Assembly: GCA_002269645.1 (NCBI GenBank)
Contig: NIVC01003345.1
Span: forward strand, 39,157-103,156
Origin: Macrostomum lignano
Taxonomy: Eukaryota
Direction of reading: 5' to 3'
DNA length: 64,000 nucleotides
Under the pieces are notes generated by a model. That model had not been told where the DNA came from and ran no database searches. It saw nothing but the letters and a program-made list of their open reading frames with translations. Of this stretch, positions 26,110 through 36,522 are shown piece by piece (the first letter of the stretch is position 1; every line of letters starts with the position of its first letter). The position numbers and the translations under genes are program-made.

Positions 26110-27870
26110 GTAGCTAAAATTACAGTAGCTATAGCTAAATCTACAGTAGTTATAGCTAAATCTGCAGTAGTTATAGCTAAATCTGCAGTAGCTATAGCCA
26201 GATCTACAGTAGCTATAGCTAAATCTGCAGTAGCAATACCCAAATCTGCAGTAGCTATAGCCAAATCTACAGTAGCTATAGCCAAATCTACAGTATCTAT
26301 AGCCGAATCTACAGTAGCTATAGCTAAATCTACAGTAGCTATAGCCAAATCTACAGTAGCTATAGCTAAATCTACAGTAGCTATAGCCGAATCTACAGTA
26401 GCTATAGCCAAATCTACAGTAGCTATAGCCAAATCTACAGTAGCTATAGCCAAATCTACAGTAGCTATAGCCAAATCTACAGTAGCTATAGCCAAATCTA
26501 CAGTAGCTATAGCTAAATCTGCAGTAGCTATAGCCAAATCTACAGTAGCTATAGCCAAATCTACAGTAGCTATAGCCAAATCTACAGTAGCTATAGCCAA
26601 ATCTACAGTAGCTATAGCCAAATCTACAGTAGCTATAGCCAAATCTACAGTAGCTATAGCCAAATCTACAGTAGCTATAGCCAAATCTACAGTAGCTATA
26701 GCCAAATCTACAGTAGCTATAGCTAAATCTGCAGTAGCTATAGCCAAATCTACAGTAGCTATAGCCAAATCTACAGTAGCTATAGCCAAATCTACAGTAG
26801 CTATAGCCAAATCTACAGTAGCTATAGCCAAATCTGCAGTAGCAATACCCAAATCTACAGTAGCTATAGCCAAATCTACAGTAGCTATAGCCAAATCTAC
26901 AGTAGCTATAGCTAAATCTGCAGTAGCAATACCCAAATCTACAGTAGCAATACCCAAATCTACAGTAGCTATAGCCAAATCTACAGTAGCTATAGCCAAA
27001 TCTACAGTAGCTATAGCCAAATCTACAGTAGCTATAGCCAAATCTACAGTAGCTATACCCAAATCTACAGTAGCAATACCCAAATCTACAGTAGCTATAG
27101 CCAAATCTACAGTAGCTATAGCCAAATCTGCAGTAGCAATACCCAAATCTACAGTAGCTATAGCCAAATCTGCAGTAGCAATACCCAAATCTACAGTAGC
27201 TATAGCCAAATCTACAGTAGCTATACCCAAATCTACAGTAGCTATAGCCAAATCTACAGTAGCTATAGCCAAATCTACAGTAGCAATACCCAAATCTACA
27301 GTAGCTATAGCCAAATCTACAGTAGCTATAGCCAAATCTGCAGTAGCAATACCCAAATCTACAGTAGCTATAGCCAAATCTACAGTAGCTATAGCTAAAT
27401 CTGCAGTAGCAATACCCAAATCTACAGTAGCTATAGCCAAATCTACAGTAGCTATAGCCAAATCTGCAGTAGCAATACCCAAATCTACAGTAGCTATAGC
27501 CAAATCTACAGTAGCTATAGCTAAATCTGCAGTAGCAATACCCAAATCTACAGTAGCTATAGCCAAATCTACAGTAGCTATAGCCAAATCTGCAGTAGCA
27601 ATACCCAAATCTACAGTAGCTATAGCCAAATCTACAGTAGCTATAGCCAAATCTACAGTAGCTATAGCTAAATCTGCAGTAGCAATACCCAAATCTACAG
27701 TAGCAATACCCAAATCTACAGTAGCTATAGCCAAATCTACAGTAGCTATAGCCAAATCTGCAGTAGCAATACCCAAATCTACAGTAGCTATAGCCAAATC
27801 TACAGTAGCTATAGCCAAATCTGCAGTAGCAATACCCAAATCTACGAGTACAATAGCTATAGGCAAATCT
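26110..27870. repeat. 21-bp satellite (CTACAGTAGCTATAGCCAAAT)n, about 80 copies
   Basis: Visible; the 600-aa ORFs over it are repeat artefacts. Confidence 0.97.
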
Positions 27871-28464
27871 GTATTCAAGCAGCAACAAAGGTGAAGCATC
27901 GCATGGCTGGCAAAATGCGTTGTTGTTAAATGGCTAAATGGCTAAGTTTAAATGGCTAAATAAAATCAATATCAAAACAATCAACACTTCAAGACAAACA
28001 GTAAAACAAACACATAAATTGTTCTATACCACTAATGTAATTTCAAAATACCGAAAAAAACAAGTTTGAAGATTACATTTCAGTCATGCTTCTCAAAATT
28101 CCACCATGCGATTGATTACACAAAGATTTAAACAACAATTAAATTCGAACGATAAGCAAGAAAAATATACGTGCTGATCATTCTAACAGTAGTAATAATA
28201 TGAGTAGCCAACAACTAGAAACCCTTGGCAACAACAACAAGTAATACACTGGTCAAGCATTTCAGTAAATAAAAATGCTTCATTGAAACAGAAAATGCTG
28301 CAAATCAGTCAGTGGCATGATAAGCATGAGAAGTCAAGAAAGAAAATGAAACAAAGCAAATTTGCTAAACCATTGCGAGCGACTTAAAAACGCTTGGCGC
28401 ACAGTCAGGACCAAGGCCAGCGAAGTCACCTCTGCCATCAGAGAGCGGAGTTGAATATCTGCGA

Positions 28465-29061
28465 CACAAAGTGCTGCTCAGAGTGACTTCAGACTGCTGC
28501 TGTAACATTGCACTCAAATGGCTTTTCTTATGTGTGCAGCTTTGAGTGCGTAGTCAGATGAACTTTCTGGTTGAACCGCTTGCCGCACACCTTGCACTCA
28601 AATGGCTTTTCTCCTGTGTGCACTCTAGAGTGTGTATTGAGGTCGCTGCTGAAACCGAATCTCTTGCCGCACACCTTGCACTTGTGCGGTTTCACCTTCA
28701 TGTGCACTGCACTAATGTGAGCCTTTAGGTAGCTTTTTCTGGTGAATTTCTTCTGGCAAGTGTCGCACTAGAACGCCCTCTTGACAGCCTGAGCTTGACG
28801 TTGCCGTGTTGCAGCACTGTTCAAAGCTCGGGTGTTCCCGGCTGACTCGCACTCCGGCTGCATCGCTGACTCATTGCGAGACTCGACCTGCTCGACCGCC
28901 GCCGCTCTGCCAGCTTCTGAGTTGGTCGCAGCCGCCTCCTCTGGCTCCGAGTCGCAGCCCATTCCGTGTGACCGCACATGACGCAAGTACTGCGCCACTG
29001 CCGATCGGGTGCGGCAGAACCGCCTGGGACAAAAGGGGCAGGCGACAGAGCCCCGGCGCAT
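28465..29061 (-). pseudogene. ZNF copy Z1, pseudogene
   Basis: [11 protein letters not shown] start; CAG>TAG at ~28768 before finger 1; GGA>TAA in the linker at ~28529; remaining fingers decayed. Confidence 0.8.
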
Positions 29062-29736
29062 CTCTGAGAAACTGTGGGGCTGCGATCTGTGCGGAGATGC
29101 CGATGCTCGAAGCCCGTCTCTGCCGGAGCTGCAATGCGGAGCGATAAGGACTTCGTCACTTAGAGATCCGGGATTGAATTATAGTTTTAATTTTTCAGGA
29201 AAAATACATTCATCCTACAGGAGGACCTAAAAGATTAAAGAATGTAGTAAAGAAATTTGGTGCCATAGTTGAAACACTTCTCAAAAGAGCATATTGCACT
29301 TCTTTCAGAGGTGGAAATTTTGATGCTACTGACAGACCGACTTACTGGGACTTTACTGCGGCACAATGTGGTCTACGAGCTGTGTGCACGGATTAGGTCG
29401 ATATTAACTGTACTCGTAGAAGCAAATCTTGAGCCCTGCAACTCTTTGTGACTGAATTTAAATAATCAAAATTTACGCAGGCCCACGCCTACGAGATCTC
29501 ACGCATCAATTGAGTTTGTGTGTTGGTAAACATGTTGTTTTAGTAAACATGGCCAAGGTACAATAGCTGTAATGCCCATGCTTTGCAGTCGTTAATGAAA
29601 ATATCATTTTCCACAAACGCAAGAAGTCTGGTCTCTTCTTTAAACTGATGCGTGTCTTTTTAGAAATCCAAAAGGTGCAAATCTTAGTTAGTTGGGGTAG
29701 CTTGTGGAAAATTTTGTCAATGTAAATTTATTTAAC

Positions 29737-29958
29737 GGGAGCACGAAAATTTTCCGCAGACAAATTGCCCGCCGAGATTTGCCCGCAGTGAATTTTGCTC
29801 GCATTTTTACGGGCAATTCGCTCGCGGGCAAATTGCACTGCGGGCAAATCTCCACGGGCAAATCTCCACGGGCAAATCTCCACGGGCAAATCTCCACGGG
29901 CAAATCTCCACGGGCAAATCTCCACGGGCAAATCTCCACAGGCAATTCACATGGACCC
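29737..29958. mobile_element. Mutator/foldback-like MITE, 222 bp
   Basis: 9-bp TSD TTATTTAAC (29728-29736 and 29959-29967); GGG...CCC ends; ATTTGCCCG repeats on the left inverted to CGGGCAAAT repeats on the right; absent from the paralogous spacer near 40970, which is diverged. Confidence 0.7.
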
Positions 29959-31337
29959 TTATTTAACTAATCAGGGATTTTCTCAGTGTACTGTCTTGCA
30001 CACTGAAAAATACACAGCTTAGAGTGAGCCTATGACACCACCTGACTAAGGCCGGGGAGCTACATATAAATGCTTTAGAAAAATATTTCGCACAAAATAC
30101 TGAAAATTACAAACTCCATTTCCCTGTGGAAATAAATTAAGAGGACGCTATAAAAGCAAATCCTGCCTACCAAAAATTTTATTTTCTAATAATAAGTGAT
30201 CTAATAATAATATTAAAAGTTTTATAAGGATATTAACTTAGAAATTAGAGAATGGTAGAGAAAATGAGATCAGATGAGTTGCCGCACAGTTATCAGGGTG
30301 GGTAGAGTGAGTCATGGTGAGGAAGGTCTCGAAGAAGCAACAAAACGGGACAGAGCACTGTCTAAAATGAGTAAAAGCAAAAAGAACATTCCTCCAGGTG
30401 TTGGCATCTTCCTGTGAAACAGACTGCTGAAGAGCAGTGTGCTCAGACGTCATGCACATGCACAAGCAAACTCAAAGGGGCAGTGATTTGGCTTACAACC
30501 AGTCGGATGTCATGGCAGGCATGAAGATCTGCATTAAAGCGGCAACACACGTGAAGCATTTCATGGCAGGCAAAATGCCTTGCGGAGAAGCTCAGTGCGG
30601 GAAACACTCCATAAGCGGCTCGTCTGTAGGTCCCCGGACTCTGCGGCAAGTCTTCGGCCAGCCCTGTGCTTCTCTGTCTCGCTGCCGCTCCGCTACCCGC
30701 CTCAATGCGATGCCTCAGCAGAGAACTGCTGCAGCTGAAGCACTGAATCAACTTGCTCAACTGACTGAATACCCGCTGGTCCCATGAAAACAGCTGCACT
30801 CGACAGTTAACAAGCTACATGGCCTATTATAATCAAAACCAAAGAATCAAAACATCAAGACAAAGATTAAAACAAACAAACAAACACATAAAATTTGCAA
30901 TTGCACCAATGTAACTTACAAATGCAAGAACAACACGTTTTGGGGTTAAATTTCAGTCAAGCATTTACAAGTCGCACAATGCAGACAATAATTGATTAGA
31001 GCTAATTATAGTTAAATAAATACCTGGGAAGCAACCGAAAACGTTAGTAGCAAAAGTGAAAAACTGGTCTAGCAGTACGTCGAGAAAGTGCTTGATTGAA
31101 AAAATGCTGCAAATCGATGGATTTTGAGACTGACCGCTCAATGGACGATGTAACCAACTGGTAATTGCATCAGCTTTCGTATACATTATTACACGTAAAT
31201 TCAAGAGGGATCATAAATACGCGTAGATAAAAACGCACTTAAAGGATTGCCAGCAGCTCAAAAACACCTGGCGCACAGTGAGCACCCAGACGCGGTGGTT
31301 CACTTCTGCAGTCACAGGGAGCGAAGTTGAATATTCG

Positions 31338-32162
31338 TTACACAATGTGCAGCCCGGAGTGCCTCTTCAGATGGCTGCCTTGATTGAATCTCTTGCTACA
31401 CACATTGCACTCAAATGGCTTTTCTCCTGTGTGCAGCCTTGAGTGCCTAATGTGGCTGCTGCTGAAACCGAATCTCTTGCCGCACACATTGCACTCAAAT
31501 GGCTTTTCTCCTGTGTGCAGACTTGAGTGGGAAGAGAGGCTGCATGCTTGATTGAATCTTTTGCCGCACACCTTGCACTCGAAAGGCTTTTCTCCTGTGT
31601 GAAGCCTAGAGTGCCTAGTGAGGCTGCTACTGACACTAAATCTCTTGCCGCACACCGTGCACTCAAATGGCTTTTCTCCTGTGTGCACTCTAGAGTGTGT
31701 AGTGAGGTCGCTGCTGAAACCGAATCTCTTGCCGCACACCTTGCACTTGTGCGGTTTCGCCTTCTTGTGCACTGCACTAATGTGAGCTTTGATATGGCTT
31801 TTTTTGGTGAACTTCTTCTGGCAAGTGTCGCACTGGAACGCCCTCTCGATGCCCTGAGCTTGACTTTGCCATGTTGCAGCACTCTTTGAAGCTCGGGTGT
31901 TCCCGACCGACTCGCACTCGTAACGCTTCGTCACTGCAGAACTGCCGTCTGCACACGGCTGCATCGCTGACTCATTGCGAGACTCGACCTGCTCGACCGC
32001 CGCCGCTCTGCCAGCTTCTGAGTTGGTCGCAGCCGCCTCCTCTGGCTCCGAGTCGCAGCCGATTCCGTGTGACCGCACATGACGCAAGTACTGCGCCGCT
32101 GCCGAACGGGTGCGGCAGAACCGCCTGGGACAAAAGGGGCAGGCGACAGAGCCCCGGCGCAT
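31338..32162 (-). CDS. C2H2 zinc-finger protein Z2 (atypical N-terminal finger plus 6 fingers), 274 aa
   Basis: Open ORF with CxxC-x12-HxxxH repeats and TGEKPFE linkers. Confidence 0.88.
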   Translation of the reverse strand: MRRGSVACPFCPRRFCRTRSAAAQYLRHVRSHGIGCDSEPEEAAATNSEAGRAAAVEQVESRNESAMQPCADGSSAVTKRYECESVGNTRASKSAATWQSQAQGIERAFQCDTCQKKFTKKSHIKAHISAVHKKAKPHKCKVCGKRFGFSSDLTTHSRVHTGEKPFECTVCGKRFSVSSSLTRHSRLHTGEKPFECKVCGKRFNQACSLSSHSSLHTGEKPFECNVCGKRFGFSSSHIRHSRLHTGEKPFECNVCSKRFNQGSHLKRHSGLHIV

Positions 32163-32259
32163 CGCTGAGGAACTGTGGGGCTGCGATCCGTGCTGAGATG
32201 CCGATGCTCGAAGCCAGTCTCTGCCGGAGCTGCAATGCGGAGCGGTAGGGGCTTCGTCA

Positions 32260-32459
32260 CTTTGTGATCAGGAATTGAAAGACATAAAAGGAAGTGAACT
32301 ACACTTATAGCTGAGTCTTAAAGAAAAGTAAATAGACTAATTTTTAATGGACATTTTACTGGTTGAAAGGTTATTGCTAAACGGCAATGTGACCGGGTAC
32401 ATCTGCATTGATGAGCAATTTTTAGCCCCCGGTTATGAAGGCCGGCAGTGCACTTTTAC
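32260..32459 (-). promoter_or_regulatory. Predicted 5'-UTR intron of Z2 (200 nt); non-coding first exon upstream of 32460
   Basis: Donor GAG|GTAAAA and acceptor ..CACAAAG|TGACG; homologous donor/acceptor pairs at Z3 (36673-36620) and Z7 (51378-51051, GTAAGA). Confidence 0.5.
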
Positions 32460-32739
32460 CTCTCCCCCGCCACGTCCACCCCAAACTGACCCAGTTGCAC
32501 CGCCTCATTTTTTCTGTCTGTATCATCTTGCTGCGTTCCTAATTCTGCGTGCTTATTTGAGACGGTCTGGGAAATTAAACAAAACGGCGCGTTTTAAGCT
32601 GCCGAATGTCAATGTACATTATAATTTAGAACTGCTAGCTGAGCAGCACGATCGTGAAACTTCTGTCTGTTTGGCTCTGGACGAACTGAAAAAACAAGGG
32701 CGTCACTGTCTTGAGGGAACCTGCGGGAGTCGCCCTGGA

Positions 32740-33700
32740 CTGAAGGAATTTCTGAGGCATTTAGCGGATTGAAGCCGTCTGCAGAAAATTGGACATGAAA
32801 GACGAGAAGGTTGACGGAGTCTTACTCAAGATTGACTTTTTAATCCTCATGGCGGTAGCCGCGTATTACAAATTAGGGAACTTCTTGGTCACTCCGGCGA
32901 AGTTAGAGGTCAATGCATTCGAGAATCTAGAGGATGAAATCAAGTAGCTTGCCTCACAAAAACTTGTGCCTGAGCGTCACAGGTTTAACGAACCGAAGCA
33001 AGACGAGTACCCATAAGCATATTTTGAGAACCGACTGCGAGACTGCGACAGATATGGCATTTGAATACATTCTGCAAGAAGCTCTAAGAGACCAGTTTGT
33101 AGCCGGACTGTGCAATGCCTCCGTGGTGAAAGAACTGGTTATTAAAGACCCGTTAACATTGATACTTGCGGTGGAGACTGCTGCAGCGCAAAAGCAAGTC
33201 AGTAAGAGTGCCTTGACCTCACGGAAAGTTGGAAACAGTCAGTTCAACAAAGGACAAAATGCGACATCAAAGTAGTGCTCAATGCCAAATGCGCATTTCG
33301 GGCAAGGCGTGCAGTTTTTTAATGAAGAAGCATCTGCCAGAGTCATGCCTGGCATGTGGAGCCAAGTGTCGAAACTGTGAGAGAATTAATCATTTTGAAG
33401 CCGCCTGCAAGCCCTAAAAGACCGTCTCGTCTCGCATGGAGGAGCAAAGTCCGCTTCACAAAACAAAGCCAATAATTCAATGGGTTGATCTTAAACTGAA
33501 CGGTAAAGAAGTCGCAATGATGGTGGATTTCGGGTCAATGGTGACCGCATTCCCAAGAGCCTGGCTCAACAGCTGGAACTGCTGAACTACTCTGGACCGA
33601 CCAAAATTGCCTAATAACACCGTATGGAGGACAAGATCTACCAGTATGTGGCACTAAAAATGTTTGAGTGCAGATCAAGGATGAAAGTGGGTGCTTACTA
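32740..33700 (+). mobile_element. Decayed Ty3/gypsy gag-protease fragment (spacer B, copy 1)
   Basis: ERHRFNE, LRDQFVAGL..LTLILAVETA, CCHC knuckle CRNCERINHFEAAC, retropepsin-like LNGKEVAMMVDFGS; stops and frameshifts. Confidence 0.72.
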
Positions 33701-34329
33701 CCTGTGGTAGTCATGGACTTGAAAGTCAACCAGATGCAATAAAGAAGTATAGAACAAACCGTAATCGATAAATAATGTCCATAATGTCCATAAAAACTGG
33801 CCAAAAGCAACTGAGCGACCGGCTGTAGCTCGTACACAGAGACCGAGAGGGAATAGTAGAGAGTGTGAGTGGCTGTACATTAGAAGACCCTCAGGTGCGC
33901 ACCGGCTCTACGGCGCTTCAACAAGTACGAGCGTATTAGGACGGCAATCGCCATGGCATTCGTGCATGGTATTTTACCTTCCTATGCGTGGGACGATGTG
34001 AATTATAAATCTTGTTATGACAGGGACTTGGGAGCTGAGCATAAGTGCCTCTGAGAAATGTTTTACACAACAGCAATCGCATTTACCACTATAGTTAACG
34101 AGTATTCGGTAGGTGAGAATTAAATAAGAGAAGGGCAGTGTTTGGAACACTATCAAAACAATTTCATTCTTTAATAAGTTATCTAATAATTAAAAATCAT
34201 TGAATAGGGTATTATTCTAAAAAGGTGCAATGGCAGAAGAATTGGGTTAAGAGAAGTTGCTGAACAGTTAGCAGGGTAGGTAGGGTGAAAATTGGAGTGG
34301 CAGGGTGACTGGTAGAGTGGCAGTGGAGT

Positions 34330-34645
34330 CCTAGGCTGGCTAGGGAGAGTCTTAGGGTGGTTTGGGTGAGTCTTAGGGTGAGTTGGGTGAATGGTAGGGA
34401 GGCTAGGGAGAGTCTTAGGGTGGTTTGGGTGAGTCTTAGGGTGGGTTGCGTGAATGATAGGGAGGCTAGGGAGAGTCTTAGGGTGGTTTGGGTGAGTGAT
34501 AGGGTGGCTAGGGAGAGTCTTAGGGTGGTTTGGGTGAGTGATGGGGTGGCTAGGAAGAGTCTTAGGGTGGTATGGGTGAGTGATAGGGTGGCTAGGGAGA
34601 GTCTTAGGGTGGTTTGGGTGAGTGATAGGGTGGCTAGGGAGAGGA
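34330..34645. repeat. ~42-bp G-rich minisatellite containing TTAGGG (spacer B, copy 1)
   Basis: Visible; paralogs at 44400-44765 and 54120-54355. Confidence 0.9.
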
Positions 34646-35697
34646 GACAGCTGCATTCCACAGTTTACCTGTGAAGAAACTGGGGTCGGTCCGGGTGCCC
34701 AACCCAAGTACTATAAAAAAGTGGAAAAGGCGCAGTGACGCTTTGTGAAACAGTAACACGATCTGGCGTGATGAAGTTCAGAAGTTGCGTTACGTGTGTT
34801 CTCTGTCTGTACCAGCAGCTTGCAAAATATACGGAACTCTTGACATATCAAGCTATCAACCCTAAACTATTGCTGCTGGTATCTTTTATACCGCAGTGTC
34901 AACTAATTTTACCGGACTTTGATCGGTGCTTCGGTCAACTCAAGAAAGTCAAGTTTACCTCTAAGACGCGCACAATAAAAGCTGCAAAGCGAGCCAATCG
35001 AAACGGCGCAAGCAGTGTGAGACTCTCCTGCCCTGACAGACCCCGAGGGCCCATGCACTACACGTGGTTTGTTAAAATTAATATAAAAAATCAACAAATC
35101 CAGGCAAACATTAAAAAATAACAAGTGAAGATTGCAATGCCGCAATTGTAATTCAAAAATACATGAAGAAAAGCAAGTTTTGAGATCAAATTTTAGCTTG
35201 GCGTTTACAAAACTCAATCGCGGAGACACTATAATAACAATGATTACAGAAATTCTTGTAGAAGTTAAAATAAGTCAAACGTAAAATATGGGTGCTGACT
35301 CGCTGAGTAATACAGAAAACAAAGAAATACTCTTAAGATGCAAACAAAAAATTGAAACCTTTGGCAGCAACAAGAAAGTGAAACACTTTCCTGTCTAGAA
35401 TGTCCTGTGAATGTCATGTGTCCCGTTAATGTCCTGTCTAGCAGTACAGTCAATAAAGGTGCTTAATTAAAAGAGAAGATGCTTCAAACCAATCAGTGGC
35501 TACTCAGACTGACCAACTGACCATTGGTTCAGCTACGGTATGCATTACTTTTGGACAATTCAAGGATGATCATTAAAATTTACAGACAAAAAAGGCTGTT
35601 AATGGATTGCCAGTGACTTAAAAACGCGTGGCGAACACTCAGAACTCTGACTCGGTAGTTCACTTCTGCAGTCAAGGAGGGCAAAGTTTAATATTCG

Positions 35698-36522
35698 TTA
35701 CACAATGTGCCGATTAGCGTGCGTTTTTAGATGGCTGCCTTGATTAAATCGCTTGCCGCACACCTTGCACTCAAATGGTTTTTCTCCTGTGTGCAGCCTT
35801 GAGTGAGAAGAGAGGCTGCTGCTGAAACTGAATCTCATGCCGCACACCTTGCACTCGAAAGGCTTTTCTCCTGTGTGCACCCTGGAGTGCTTAGTGAGGT
35901 TGCTGCTGTCACCAAATCTCTTGCCGCACACCTTGCACTCAAATGGCTTTTCTTCTGTGTGCACCCTGGAGTGCCTAATGTGGCTGCTGCTGTCAGTAAA
36001 TCTCTTGGCGCACACCTTGCACTCAAATGGCTTTTCTCCTGTGTGCAGCCTTGAGTGGGAAGAGAGGCTGCATGCTTGACTAAATCTCTTGCCGCACACC
36101 TTGCACTTGTGCGGTTTCGCCTTCTTGTGCACTGCACTAATGTGAGCCTTTAAGTAGCTTTTTCTGGTGAACTTCTTCTGGCAAGTGTCGCACTGGAACG
36201 ACCTCTCGACAGCCTGAGCTTGACGTTGCCGTGTTGCAGCACTGTTCAAAGCTCGGGTGTTCCCGGCTGTCTCGCACTCGGGACTCTTCGTCACTGCAGA
36301 ACTGCCGGCTGCACACGGCTGCATCGCTGACTCATTGCGAGACTCGACCTGCTCGACCGCCGCCGCTCTGCTAGCTTCTGAGTTGGTCGCAGCCGCCTCC
36401 TCTGGCTCCGAGTCGCAGCCCATTCCGTGTGACCGCACATGACGCAAGTACTGCGCCGCTGCCGATCGGGTGCGGCAGAACCGCCTGGGACAAAAGGGGC
36501 AGGCGACAGAGCCCCGGGGCAT
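35698..36522 (-). CDS. C2H2 zinc-finger protein Z3 (atypical N-terminal finger plus 6 fingers)
   Basis: Open ORF. The conserved ATG (MPRGSVACP) is at 36522; the ORF track extends to an upstream ATG at 36645 that I consider likely intronic. Confidence 0.88.
   Translation of the reverse strand: MPRGSVACPFCPRRFCRTRSAAAQYLRHVRSHGMGCDSEPEEAAATNSEASRAAAVEQVESRNESAMQPCAAGSSAVTKSPECETAGNTRALNSAATRQRQAQAVERSFQCDTCQKKFTRKSYLKAHISAVHKKAKPHKCKVCGKRFSQACSLSSHSRLHTGEKPFECKVCAKRFTDSSSHIRHSRVHTEEKPFECKVCGKRFGDSSNLTKHSRVHTGEKPFECKVCGMRFSFSSSLSSHSRLHTGEKPFECKVCGKRFNQGSHLKTHANRHIV

Noticed and set aside
26005-27899. Three 600-aa ORFs (CRFGYSY, AKSTVAI, DLAIATV repeats)
   Set aside because: They are translations of a stop-free 21-bp satellite in several frames on both strands, with no unique coding flanks.
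30437-30799. ORFs on both strands of spacer A, one containing the finger-like FSCSSSLLRH
   Set aside because: No upstream CxxC, and the segment is missing in homologous spacer D. At most an old ZNF remnant.
31931-32260. Overlapping alternative-frame ORF ([10 protein letters not shown]...) open in several copies
   Set aside because: Expected from GC-rich, recently duplicated sequence; no independent evidence of coding.
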